From Bacteroidota bacterium (GTDB taxonomy: Bacteria > Bacteroidota > Ignavibacteria > UBA10030 > BY39), in assembly GCA_030017895.1 (NCBI GenBank), contig JASEGV010000005.1, positions 5,988 to 69,987 on the forward strand: a stretch of DNA of 64,000 nucleotides, read 5' to 3'. Position 1 is the first letter of the stretch. Each line of letters opens with the position of its first letter. Below the pieces are notes generated by a model that had not been told where the DNA came from, did no database searches, and worked only from the letters and a program-made list of their open reading frames with translations. The position numbers were made by a program, and so were the translations under genes. Of this stretch, positions 11,025 through 20,777 are shown piece after piece.

Positions 11025-11975
11025 ATGCCAAAAGTAATTTTAGATTTTGAAAAGCCGATTTACGAAATCGAACAGAAAGTCGAAGAGATGAAAAAGTTAG
11101 GACAGAGCATCGATTTGACGGACGAGATCAATACACTTGAGAGCAAGTTAGAACTAATGAAAAAAGATATATACAAAAATCTTTCACGATGGCAACGTGT
11201 ACAGATGGCACGCCACCCCGAAAGACCTTATACGCTCGATTATATTCAGATGATGACCGGCGATTTTATCGAACTGCATGGCGATAGAAACTTTCGCGAC
11301 GATAAGGCAATTGTAGGCGGCTTCGCGATGTTAGATAACGAACCTGTGATGATAATCGGGACTCAGAAAGGGAGAGACACAAAACAGAATGTTTACCGGA
11401 ATTTCGGTATGCCAAATCCTGAAGGATACCGCAAAGCTCTTCGGTTAATGAAATTAGCAGCAAAGTTTAAGCGCCCCGTAATTACCATGCTCGATACACC
11501 CGGAGCATATCCTGGATTAGAGGCTGAAGAACGTGGGCAGGCAGAAGCGATTTCACGCAATATTTTCGAAATGTCGCATCTCACCACTCCGATTATAGTA
11601 ACAATCATCGGCGAAGGAGCATCAGGAGGTGCATTAGGAATAGGCGTTGGCGATAGAGTATTGATGATGGAGAACTGCTGGTTCACTGTAATTGCACCCG
11701 AGTCTTGTTCGAGCATTTTATGGCGAAGTTGGGAACACAAAGAAAAAGCGGCTGAAGCTCTTAAATTAACCGCACCTGATTTGTTACAACAAGGTATCAT
11801 CGATCGAATAATTCCTGAACCGCTTGGCGGGGCTCACCGCAATCCCGATGAAGCTGCATCCGTTCTAAAAACCGTTCTTCTTGAAGAAATAAAGAAACTC
11901 AAAAAAATACCGACGGATAAGTTGATTGAAAAGCGAATTGAAAAATACGCTAACATGGGCGACTGGGAAGAATAA
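11025..11975 (+). CDS. accA: Acetyl-CoA carboxylase carboxyltransferase subunit alpha
   Basis: 316 aa, colinear with AccA (..[50 protein letters not shown]..). Confidence 0.9.
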   Translation: MPKVILDFEKPIYEIEQKVEEMKKLGQSIDLTDEINTLESKLELMKKDIYKNLSRWQRVQMARHPERPYTLDYIQMMTGDFIELHGDRNFRDDKAIVGGFAMLDNEPVMIIGTQKGRDTKQNVYRNFGMPNPEGYRKALRLMKLAAKFKRPVITMLDTPGAYPGLEAEERGQAEAISRNIFEMSHLTTPIIVTIIGEGASGGALGIGVGDRVLMMENCWFTVIAPESCSSILWRSWEHKEKAAEALKLTAPDLLQQGIIDRIIPEPLGGAHRNPDEAASVLKTVLLEEIKKLKKIPTDKLIEKRIEKYANMGDWEE

Positions 11976-11979
11976 GATT

Positions 11980-12402
11980 TTGATTAAACATACAACACAA
12001 ATAAGAGTTCGATACGCAGAAACCGACCAGATGAATATAGTTTATTATTCGAATTATTTCGTTTACTTCGAAAGCGGGAGGACAGAATTATTGCGATCAA
12101 TCGGTTTAGCATACACCGAATTAGAAAATATGGGATACATACTCCCGGTCATTGAAGCTAATGCGAAATATTTCAAGCCTGCCGCTTATGACGACTTGAT
12201 CGATGTTATTACAGTTCTTAAAGAATTACCGACCGCAAGAATTAAACTTGAGTATGAAGTCAGAAATAGCAAAACAAATGAGTTGATTGCAGAGGGCTAC
12301 ACGGTTCATAGCTTTGTGTTATCGGAAACACATAAACCAACTCGCCCACCTAATATATTTTTGAAATTATTGGAATCGGCATTCACCGACTCAAGGAATT
12401 AA
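11980..12402 (+). CDS. Acyl-CoA thioesterase, 4HBT/YbgC family
   Basis: Hotdog-fold pattern (IRVRYAETDQMNIVYYSNYFVYFE). The ORF opens at 11926 inside accA; a TTG at 11980 just after the accA stop is the likely start. Confidence 0.7.
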   Translation: MIKHTTQIRVRYAETDQMNIVYYSNYFVYFESGRTELLRSIGLAYTELENMGYILPVIEANAKYFKPAAYDDLIDVITVLKELPTARIKLEYEVRNSKTNELIAEGYTVHSFVLSETHKPTRPPNIFLKLLESAFTDSRN

Positions 12403-12406
12403 TAAA

Positions 12407-12580
12407 ATGATAAGTAAAGAAATTCTTGATATTCTTATTTGTCCAAAATGCCACGAAAAACTTGAATACAAATCCGAATTAAATAATCTGAACTGTAACG
12501 GTTGTGGTAAAGTCTATCGAATTGAAAACGATATACCGATAATGATACTCGAGGAAAAGGATAATGACAGACCTACTCAA
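12407..12580 (+). CDS. Trm112-like / UPF0434 (YcaR) small zinc-ribbon-like protein, 57 aa; absent from the ORF track (<60 aa)
   Basis: Own translation: MISKEILDILICPKCHEKLEYKSELNNLNCNGCGKVYRIENDIPIMILEEKDNDRPTQ. Matches the family pattern LxxLVCPxCxxxL...LxCxxCxxxYxIxDGIPxML. Overlaps the nadC start by 17 nt. Confidence 0.6.
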
Positions 12581-13436
12581 TGACTCAAGAATAAGCCGGA
12601 TAATACAAGAAGCATTATCCGAAGATATCGGACTCGGTGATATAACAACCGAGTCGATAGTTGAATCAGATATCTTAGGTGATGCAGAATTATTAGTGAA
12701 AGAGACCGGGGTGATTGCTGGACTTGGTCTGGCATCGCTTGTATTCCAATTTGTCGATCCCGAGATTACATTTAAAAAAACGACAAACGATGGTGCTTAT
12801 ATTCAAGCAGGAACAGTCGCAGGATCAATTGCCGGTCCTCTCACAAGTATTTTGAAAGCTGAGCGTACAGCCCTTAACTTCTTGCAAAGGATGAGTGGTA
12901 TAGCTACATTGACTCGACAGTTTGTGGGAGCTGTTGCAGGGACAAGGGCAAAAATTACCGACACCCGCAAAACTGCACCCGGTATGCGCCTTTTAGATAA
13001 GTTAGCTGTAAAAATTGGGGGCGGAGTAAACCACAGATATGGTTTAGATGATATGGTTCTAATCAAAGATAATCATATCGAAGCTGCCGGTGGAATTTCA
13101 AAAGCAATTGAAAAATGTTTGAACTATCTTAATGCGAGTAGCTTAAAATTAAAAATTGAAGTCGAAACCAAGAACCTTGATGAAATCCGCGAAGCTCTGA
13201 AATTTCCAGGAATTCATAGGGTTATGTTAGATAATTTTGCGGTTAACGAAATGACAAAAGCTGTTGTTTTAATAAGCGGCAGGGTAGAAGTTGAAGCTTC
13301 GGGTAACGTGAATCTACATAATGTTTTAGAGATAGCTGAAACCGGTGTCGATTACATCTCAATCGGTGCTCTTACTCATTCGGTTCGTTCGCTCGATATA
13401 TCGTTGAATGTAAAAACGAGATTAACTTCTAAATGA
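12564..13436 (+). CDS. nadC: Nicotinate-nucleotide pyrophosphorylase (carboxylating) / quinolinate phosphoribosyltransferase
   Basis: 290 aa, colinear with NadC (..TDTRKTAPGMR..DMVLIKDNHI.. C-terminal TIM-barrel ..EASGNVNL..ISIGALTHS). Confidence 0.9.
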   Translation: MTDLLNDSRISRIIQEALSEDIGLGDITTESIVESDILGDAELLVKETGVIAGLGLASLVFQFVDPEITFKKTTNDGAYIQAGTVAGSIAGPLTSILKAERTALNFLQRMSGIATLTRQFVGAVAGTRAKITDTRKTAPGMRLLDKLAVKIGGGVNHRYGLDDMVLIKDNHIEAAGGISKAIEKCLNYLNASSLKLKIEVETKNLDEIREALKFPGIHRVMLDNFAVNEMTKAVVLISGRVEVEASGNVNLHNVLEIAETGVDYISIGALTHSVRSLDISLNVKTRLTSK

Positions 13437-14902
13437 TTGATAAAATCACCCGGTTAGGGAAAGATACATTAATCTACGGAACAAGCACTGTCCTGGGTAG
13501 GTTGCTGAATTTTCTGCTTGTCCCCATTTATACAAACTTTCTTTCTCCAAGCGATTATGGGATCACGGCATATATTTATTCTCTGCTTGCATTTCTTAAT
13601 GTGATATACAATTACGGGATGGAGTCGGCTTATTTTCGATATTCCGCTTCTCAGGAAATAGGAAATCCAAAACAAAATTTCAGTACTCCTTTTATCTCGA
13701 TTGCAACAACTTCTTTTATATTCTCGGGCATAATTATCTCACTCGCAACTCCCATTGCCGAAGCTGTTAATATTCCTCTCCATTATTCTTCAATCATTTT
13801 ATATTCAGGACTAATATTATTTTTTGATGCGTTGGCAATAGTTCCGTTTGCACTCCTCCGGCAGAAAAATAAAGCTAAACTTTTTGCGACAATAAAATTT
13901 CTTAACATAGTCATTAACGTATCATTAAATATTTTACTTCTTGTAAAATATAAAATGGGTATTGAAGGTATTTTTATTAGCGGAACAATTGCATCGCTGA
14001 TTACTTTTATTTTTCTACTGCCCACCGTTTTGAAAAATTTAACATTCAATTTTTCTGGTGATCTTTATAAAGTTTTATTAAAATTCGGGCTCCCTTCCCT
14101 GCCCGCCGGTTTTGCCTTGATGGTAATTCAGGTAATCGACCGTCCGATACTGCGGGCACTAACCGATAATGCCTCAGTCGGAATATATCAGGCAAATTAC
14201 AAACTTGGGATATTCATGATGCTCGTTGTTTCGATGTTCGACTACGCGTGGAAACCTTTTTTCTTCGCCCGCGCCAAAGATGATAATGCGAAAGAGCTTT
14301 TCGCCCGAATCACAACTTACTTTTTTCTGCTGATGAGCATCGTTTTATTGATCATTACTTTCTTCATTGAAGATATTGTTAAAATACAAATTTCCGGCAG
14401 GTTTATAATCCACCCCGATTATTGGGTTGGGTTAAACATCATTCCAATTATTATGTTAGGTTATTTATTTTATGGTCTGTCGCTCACTTTTTCCGCCGGT
14501 ATTTATTTGGAGAAAAAAACAATATACCTCCCTATCATAACATTTACCGCAGCTGCTGTAAATGTCGTAATAAATTTTTTATTAATCCCTGCTATCGGAA
14601 TTATGGGTGCGGCTGTGGCAACGTTAGCAAGTTACATCACAATGTCCGTGCTGATGTTTTTCTACTCACAAAAATTCTATAAGATTAATTATGAATTCAT
14701 ACGCATCCTTAAAATAACAATTGCAGGGGCTCTTACATTTATACTGTTTTTCAGCATCCCAAAAACTGAGTATCATCTGATTTTAAAATTACTGGTCCTT
14801 TTTGTTTTCGTTATTCTTCTTTATCTATTTACTTTTTTTAGAAAGGGAGAAATAAACAAGCTAAAGCAACTCCTCTCATCCCTCAGTAACAAAAAACCGT
14901 AA
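13433..14902 (+). CDS. Polysaccharide biosynthesis / oligosaccharide flippase family membrane protein (MOP superfamily, Wzx/MurJ-like)
   Basis: 489 aa with about 14 TM helices. The N-terminal region is typical of Wzx-like flippases. Confidence 0.65.
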   Translation: MIDKITRLGKDTLIYGTSTVLGRLLNFLLVPIYTNFLSPSDYGITAYIYSLLAFLNVIYNYGMESAYFRYSASQEIGNPKQNFSTPFISIATTSFIFSGIIISLATPIAEAVNIPLHYSSIILYSGLILFFDALAIVPFALLRQKNKAKLFATIKFLNIVINVSLNILLLVKYKMGIEGIFISGTIASLITFIFLLPTVLKNLTFNFSGDLYKVLLKFGLPSLPAGFALMVIQVIDRPILRALTDNASVGIYQANYKLGIFMMLVVSMFDYAWKPFFFARAKDDNAKELFARITTYFFLLMSIVLLIITFFIEDIVKIQISGRFIIHPDYWVGLNIIPIIMLGYLFYGLSLTFSAGIYLEKKTIYLPIITFTAAAVNVVINFLLIPAIGIMGAAVATLASYITMSVLMFFYSQKFYKINYEFIRILKITIAGALTFILFFSIPKTEYHLILKLLVLFVFVILLYLFTFFRKGEINKLKQLLSSLSNKKP

Positions 14903-14981
14903 ACCAACCGTGTGATCTTTTAGTTTATGAGTGCCTATTTTTGTATATTAAAGCGGAAATTAAACAAATATTGGAAAATAT

Positions 14982-15971
14982 GTGAGTGAAAATAAAATAA
15001 ATTTTGACCCCAACAAGCCTATGCAAGTTGGCGGTCAAGCTGTAATCGAAGGTGTGATGATGCGTGCTCCCGGTATGGTGGCAACCGCTGTCCGCAGAGC
15101 CAACGGCGAAATCGTGATTAAAAAAGAAGAATTTCACACACTCGCTGAGCGGAAAAAATTTTTTAAAACACCTATCCTTCGGGGTGCTGTCGGTTTAGTT
15201 GAGATAATGATTTTGGGTGTGCGAACTTTAAATTTTTCTGCTGATATTGCGATGATGGACATCGAAGAAGCAGAAGCAAAGAATGGAAAAAAGAAAAACA
15301 AAAAAGCGGGCAGCAATTCAAGCTGGAAATTAGCTCTAACGGTTCTAGTTGCATTTGCAATCGGTATGGCGATATTTTTCGTTACACCACTTTTTATTGC
15401 AACTCATCTTTTTCAAGTTGAACAAGACGCATTCGCCTTCAATCTTATTTCTGGCAGCGTCCGACTTTTACTTTTGATTATATACATCACTGCGATATCA
15501 TTTATGAAAGATGTCCAGCGTGTGTTTCAGTATCACGGGGCTGAGCACAAAGTGGTTTTTGCTTTTGAATCGAAAGCCCCCCTCACAATCGAAGGTGCAC
15601 GAATATTTTCGCGGTTTCATCCCCGATGTGGAACAAGTTTTCTTTTAATTGTGATGTTAGCTTCCATTTTTATTTTTAGCATATTCGATTCGTTATATAT
15701 TCAATATATCGGTCCGATGAATATATTTACACGACTTTTAACACATCTTCCGCTCGTTCCTTTTGTTGGAGGTGCCGCTTATGAATTTATCAGATTGTCG
15801 GCACGCAAGAGCAATACAACGATTGGTAAAATTCTTGTAGCACCCTGTTTATGGCTGCAAAATATTACAACCAAAGAACCGACAGACGACCAGATTGAAG
15901 TTGCATTAAAAGCTCTTCAAGTTTCTTTAAGAATTGGAGCCTCTGAAATAATTCCAGCGGATAACATTTAA
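14982..15971 (+). CDS. DUF1385 (YqhQ-like) membrane-associated protein
   Basis: Characteristic N-terminus ..VGGQAVIEGVMMR.., then hydrophobic segments and a conserved HGAEHK motif. GTG start at 14982. Confidence 0.7.
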   Translation: MSENKINFDPNKPMQVGGQAVIEGVMMRAPGMVATAVRRANGEIVIKKEEFHTLAERKKFFKTPILRGAVGLVEIMILGVRTLNFSADIAMMDIEEAEAKNGKKKNKKAGSNSSWKLALTVLVAFAIGMAIFFVTPLFIATHLFQVEQDAFAFNLISGSVRLLLLIIYITAISFMKDVQRVFQYHGAEHKVVFAFESKAPLTIEGARIFSRFHPRCGTSFLLIVMLASIFIFSIFDSLYIQYIGPMNIFTRLLTHLPLVPFVGGAAYEFIRLSARKSNTTIGKILVAPCLWLQNITTKEPTDDQIEVALKALQVSLRIGASEIIPADNI

Positions 15972-15979
15972 GAATAAGT

Positions 15980-17047
15980 ATGTTTGAACGATTAAAAAGA
16001 ATTAAAGCACGATTTGAAGAAATTACACAACTGTTGAGCGACCCTGCTGTTATAAACAATCAAGATAAATTCAGAGAACTTAATAAAGAATTCAGTGAGC
16101 TATCAGATATAGTACGTGTTTACGAAAGTTATCTCAGAGCAAAGAATGATTTAGACGGAATCAACCATTTATTGGATACTTCTTCCGACCCGGACATAAA
16201 AGATTTAGCACAATCGGAAAAAGAAGAAGCTGTTAAAAAAGTTTTCACTATTGAAGAAGGCTTGAAAACTTTATTGCTTCCCAAAGACCCGAACGATACA
16301 AAAAACTGTTTGCTTGAAATCCGAGCCGGTACGGGTGGCGACGAAGCTGGATTATTTGCGGCTGATTTATTCAGAATGTACTCAAGGTTTGCTGAAAAGA
16401 ACAATTGGAAAGTTGAGTTATTAGATTTCAGCGAATCTGGTAAAGGCGGCTTCAAAGAAATAATTTTAAGAATCAGCGGACAAGAGGCGTACGGAAAATT
16501 AAAATTTGAAATTGGAGTTCACAGAGTTCAGCGTGTCCCCGAAACAGAGTCGCAAGGTCGCGTGCACACTTCAGCAGCCACAGTCGCAGTGCTTCCTGAG
16601 GTTGAGGATGTCGAGATTGAAATTAACCCCGCCGATTTACAGTTCGACACATATAGAGCTGGCGGTAAAGGGGGGCAGAATGTAAATAAAGTTGAAACCG
16701 CCGTGAGAATAACCCACCATCCATCCGGAGTAATCGTGGCTTGCCAGCAGGAGCGCTCACAATTTAAGAACAAGGAACTTGCGATGAAAATGCTTCGTGC
16801 TAAATTGTATGAAGCAAAAATCAAAGAACAAAACGATTCAGTCTCGGCACAACGAAAATCGATGGTAAAAAGCGGCGACAGAAGCGATAAAATTAGAACC
16901 TATAATTTCCCTCAGAACAGAGTAACCGACCATAGAATCGGGTTAACTCTTTATAACCTCTCAGAATTCATCGACGGGAAGATTGATGAAATGATAGAAC
17001 AACTCAAGCTTGTTGATAAAACAGAAAAATTAGCTAACGCAGAGTAA
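15980..17047 (+). CDS. prfA: Peptide chain release factor 1
   Basis: 355 aa. GGQ motif (RAGGKGGQNVNKVETAVRITH) and the RF1-type tripeptide-region context (RVQRVPETESQGRVHTSAATVAVLPE). Confidence 0.93.
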   Translation: MFERLKRIKARFEEITQLLSDPAVINNQDKFRELNKEFSELSDIVRVYESYLRAKNDLDGINHLLDTSSDPDIKDLAQSEKEEAVKKVFTIEEGLKTLLLPKDPNDTKNCLLEIRAGTGGDEAGLFAADLFRMYSRFAEKNNWKVELLDFSESGKGGFKEIILRISGQEAYGKLKFEIGVHRVQRVPETESQGRVHTSAATVAVLPEVEDVEIEINPADLQFDTYRAGGKGGQNVNKVETAVRITHHPSGVIVACQQERSQFKNKELAMKMLRAKLYEAKIKEQNDSVSAQRKSMVKSGDRSDKIRTYNFPQNRVTDHRIGLTLYNLSEFIDGKIDEMIEQLKLVDKTEKLANAE

Positions 17048-17051
17048 ATAA

Positions 17052-17225
17052 TTTTTCTCGGCTGCCTGGACTTGCAATCAAGGGCGTTTCGACACGCTCA
17101 ACGCCCGACTCGGTTGCTGTGCTTGTAGGTAATGGAGTTTCAACAAAGTTAATTCCGCAAAGGCAGAACTCAACGCTCGAATTTAGAAGATCCAGATTGC
17201 TTCGTCCGCACGTGGCAGACTCGCA
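17052..17225. ncRNA. Candidate structured small RNA (identity unknown; size and closing-helix pattern loosely 6S-like) in the convergent prfA|cargo-gene gap
   Basis: About 175-nt GC-enriched island in an AT-rich genome with no ORF. The 5' segment ctgcctggacttgcaatc can pair with the 3' segment gattgcttcgtccgcacgtggcag. There is an internal hairpin gggcgtt-N11-aacgccc. Confidence 0.2.
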
Positions 17226-17257
17226 ATGACTTTTAGTAACCCCTACTTGATAAAAAT

Positions 17258-17288
17258 AAAACCCGCCCTGTTTATCAAGGCGGGTTTC
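17258..17288. terminator. Bidirectional intrinsic terminator hairpin between the convergent genes prfA and 17358..20600
   Basis: aaacccgcc-ctgtttatcaa-ggcgggttt, flanked by a T-run on the + strand and an A-run on the other side (a U-tract for the - strand transcript). Confidence 0.6.
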
Positions 17289-17357
17289 GTGTTACATATG
17301 CGAATCACTTTTCCCGAAGTGACGGCTTCGCCGAAAGTGAGTCGCACTTTTATATCG

Positions 17358-20300
17358 TCATTTCAACATCAACATTTTGTTTACTTGCGTAAACGAACCA
17401 CTGACCATACGAATAAAGTAAACTCCGCTCGGGATGTTGTTTCCTTGCTCGTTCTTTCCGTTCCACTCGATTGTATGATAACCGGCAGGACGGATTTCGT
17501 TCACTAAAGTACGAACTTTCTGTCCAAGTATGTTATACACTACCATCTCAACCAAAGCAGCTTTTGGAACCGCAATAGTCATCTTTGTAGTCGGGTTGAA
17601 CGGGTTCGGATAGTTCTGACCGAGTGCAAACTCCATCGGAATTTCTTCGCCGTTTTCAATCTTTAACATCAGAGAAGTTAAGTTTTGGTTTGTAACTCTC
17701 AAGCTTCCTTCACCTTTCAGTTCTTTAACTCCGATAAGTTTACCGTTTGCAGCATCGGTGAGCAAGAAGTTTTTACCGCCACTGTTGACGATATTCCATG
17801 AAACTGTAATCGGATATTCTGCTGATTGTATATTTACCGTATGTTGTACGAATTTTTCGATACTCATCGGATAAGTTTCTAAAATTCTCTGTGATGCAAA
17901 ACGGACATCGAACAGTGTCGCAGGTGGCGAAGGAGGCATTCCATAAAGTTCATTCTTTACCTTTCCTTCAGCGTCCAAACCGACATAGAGTGTCTGGCTC
18001 ATGTTGTTTTTATCAGTTATCGTTATTGTATTATATTCTTCGATTTTTGCAAATTGCTCTGTTTCTTTATTCAAGAATAGTGAAATACCACCAAGAGTTA
18101 AGGTTCCTGAATTAGCAACCTTTATCCAATAAGCCTTCCCCGGTTCGATATTAGTAGATACTGTATATCCATTGTTGTAAGCATAATATGGTGAAGCAAT
18201 CATCCCAGGAGGATTTGAAGTTACAGTACTCGTGGCAACAGGGCTTGTAATCGAACCAATTAAATTCCAACCCGCATTTACATAAATTTGTGCAGAATTG
18301 ACCCTACGTCCATGCATACGACGAACAACGGGATTTGTAAATTTAAGCCAATACCCTATCCCGTTATACAGTGTATCTTTTGAGTTATAACCGGCAGAAT
18401 ATGCAAAGGCATTTGATTGTGCATCCGGGAATACGTTTATTTTCTTTGAGTTTAAAGTATCGCGAGGAATAAATGGAACTGATACTAAATTCCAACCTTG
18501 ATTGTAACTATAGAGATTCCCCGCATTGAAATCAGAATTTTGTCTCGGGTCAATTTTATACCTATTAAAACTATAGTACACCACACCAGTTAATGGCGTG
18601 ATTTTATCATCAAGCGATAGAATATTCATACCGAGAAGCGTATCAGCCAATACATTCGAGAAGTGATGTTTACCATCCCGCCTTATCGTTGTTGTTCCAG
18701 AACCGTCATTTACATCAAACTCAGTAGGATCGGAGAATACAGGCCAGATATTTGTTACATGTACAGAGTCAAATTTTACTAACATACCTTCCCACATTTC
18801 GGCGATCGGATCTCCATTCGCTCTTTCACCAAATGTAAATGTCGAGGTTGGTAATGAAACTGGTGCCGGAACTGTTCTGCCGGTAGCGATAATCTGAATA
18901 GGATGTCTAATACTATCCATCCGTGTAACTTCAAAGTTCTCAATTATTCTACCTGTAACACGTATGCTGTCTCCTTTACGAACATTTGCTAAAGTAGATT
19001 CTGGCCCAACAATCCATAACCCACTCCACGGTGCATTACCACTCTGTATATACCAGGAATTTGTCCCTGCAACATTTAGAGGTGAAAGCCCTATATCCGA
19101 AGTATCTACAGTTACAGTACCTGTGACTGATACAGGATTTGCTCCGAGATAAGGTGTTCGACCATTTGGATATGGTGTGTATTGTATGTCTTGTATAGTT
19201 AACTCTCGATTTAACACTTCATAAAAGAAAAATCCTTTAGACGTATCTTGCCCCATCGGTCCTGATGCGGAATTTGCCAGAGTTGCGGAACGACCATCAC
19301 TCGCAAAAGTTTTCATGAAATAACGTACAGTTGTTCCTGCTGGGTACTTACCTATTAGTAGAAAAGCTGATGAATCCGGATATGGACCAAACATTCGTTT
19401 CTTCTGAAAAGGTCCTCCATTAATGCTATAATACAAAGTATCAGTAACGATGTCATTTCCACCAGTTAATTTATATACTCTTACAGTTACTTTTGGATTA
19501 CTATCAGGGTGAACAACTACAGGTTCTCGTCTATGTTGTGTTATAATTGGATTGGGAGTTCCAAATTTTATATCGCCATCATAAATTGGTGAAATGCGGT
19601 ACCCTCGTGAAGCTTCTCCACCAGTAACAGGCGACATCCAACCACGTATTGAATCGATTCTTGCTCCAACAGCAGGCATAATATAAGTTGAAGCAGGATT
19701 ACGCCGAGCAGCGTCATAGGTGAACCAATTTGATGCATCATAAGTCGAGATTGAATTTCCCATATCATCGACCATATTAACAGTTCCACGCCCTGAACTC
19801 AGTATTTCAGTTACATTTAGATTATACATCTTGACAAAACCAGATTCTAAAGGTTCACCGGTAGAAAATTTAATTTTGCCTGGCCAAATACCTTGATAAA
19901 ATGGATTTTCATCCGGAGGTATGATTTTATAATTAGGAAGAGGATAACTGGATTCTATTATCTCCATAATATTGGCTGGAGCTCCTAATGTATCCTTTAA
20001 AGGCACAAATTGTGTCATGCTGTGCATTGCCCACCCACCATCATTATAGCTTGGGAATTCCCACACCCAGCCAGTTACTCTAACTATATCTCCGGGCTCT
20101 GGATTTAGCATATACTGATAATAAATTGAATCCCCGGGATTAGCGGAACCAACTGGTGCTCTTAATAATATATTTCTAAATTGTTGGCTGTTATATTCAG
20201 GATCAGAATAATAACCGGTATCAGCGATAACCATAGTATAACCGTTTCCTGTATATCCAAATATTTTTGCAGGAATAACAACAACACCTACGATTGTTAT

Positions 20301-20600
20301 TGTATCCAAACTCCGAGTGCCGGTTGGATCCGGAGTTATAAAATTCGCTTTTTGCAAATGCCAATAAGCTGCTGGGTTTGAAAATTGGACCAAATCAGCT
20401 TTAGCTAATGAGTCAGGGTGATTGTATTGGATTGACCTAATCGTCCGGTAGGGATATGGTGAGGTTACATTTTTATTTATTACTCTCTCTTTTTTAAAAC
20501 CCTCCGGCGGGTTTAGCTGCCCGTTTGCATCAATCGTCGCAGCTATCATACCTACCATAATTAAGATAGGTAAAATTAATTTTTGTAATTTGTACTTCAT
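17358..20600 (-). CDS. Large secreted T9SS cargo protein (1080 aa), function unknown
   Basis: N-terminal signal peptide (MKYKLQKLILPILIMVGMIAA). Type-A T9SS C-terminal domain ..LGQNYPNPFNPTTKMTIAVP..VYNILGQKV..SGVYFIRM... The C-terminal ~330 aa are paralogous to the C-terminus of the 32265..36248 protein. Confidence 0.8.
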   Translation of the reverse strand: MKYKLQKLILPILIMVGMIAATIDANGQLNPPEGFKKERVINKNVTSPYPYRTIRSIQYNHPDSLAKADLVQFSNPAAYWHLQKANFITPDPTGTRSLDTITIVGVVVIPAKIFGYTGNGYTMVIADTGYYSDPEYNSQQFRNILLRAPVGSANPGDSIYYQYMLNPEPGDIVRVTGWVWEFPSYNDGGWAMHSMTQFVPLKDTLGAPANIMEIIESSYPLPNYKIIPPDENPFYQGIWPGKIKFSTGEPLESGFVKMYNLNVTEILSSGRGTVNMVDDMGNSISTYDASNWFTYDAARRNPASTYIMPAVGARIDSIRGWMSPVTGGEASRGYRISPIYDGDIKFGTPNPIITQHRREPVVVHPDSNPKVTVRVYKLTGGNDIVTDTLYYSINGGPFQKKRMFGPYPDSSAFLLIGKYPAGTTVRYFMKTFASDGRSATLANSASGPMGQDTSKGFFFYEVLNRELTIQDIQYTPYPNGRTPYLGANPVSVTGTVTVDTSDIGLSPLNVAGTNSWYIQSGNAPWSGLWIVGPESTLANVRKGDSIRVTGRIIENFEVTRMDSIRHPIQIIATGRTVPAPVSLPTSTFTFGERANGDPIAEMWEGMLVKFDSVHVTNIWPVFSDPTEFDVNDGSGTTTIRRDGKHHFSNVLADTLLGMNILSLDDKITPLTGVVYYSFNRYKIDPRQNSDFNAGNLYSYNQGWNLVSVPFIPRDTLNSKKINVFPDAQSNAFAYSAGYNSKDTLYNGIGYWLKFTNPVVRRMHGRRVNSAQIYVNAGWNLIGSITSPVATSTVTSNPPGMIASPYYAYNNGYTVSTNIEPGKAYWIKVANSGTLTLGGISLFLNKETEQFAKIEEYNTITITDKNNMSQTLYVGLDAEGKVKNELYGMPPSPPATLFDVRFASQRILETYPMSIEKFVQHTVNIQSAEYPITVSWNIVNSGGKNFLLTDAANGKLIGVKELKGEGSLRVTNQNLTSLMLKIENGEEIPMEFALGQNYPNPFNPTTKMTIAVPKAALVEMVVYNILGQKVRTLVNEIRPAGYHTIEWNGKNEQGNNIPSGVYFIRMVSGSFTQVNKMLMLK

Positions 20601-20777
20601 AACTTACTCCTAATTAGTAATATTGTTTTATGTTTGTTAGATGTATTTTTGTTTGTCAAATTATACAACCTGTGGGACATTTACCAACGGGCAGGTTGTG
20701 TTACTAGTGCTTCTTAGTGTTAAAATTAAACATTCACCACTTAGACACTTAGAACACTAAGTCTTTTGGGAATAACT

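Noticed and set aside
20601-20777. Inverted repeats (cttagtgtt..aacactaag; acaacctg..caggttgt) and a TTGACA box between the two - strand cargo genes
   Set aside because: Plausibly a terminator plus promoter for 17358..20600, but no -10 box at proper spacing and no U-tract on the transcribed strand could be pinned down. Left unannotated.
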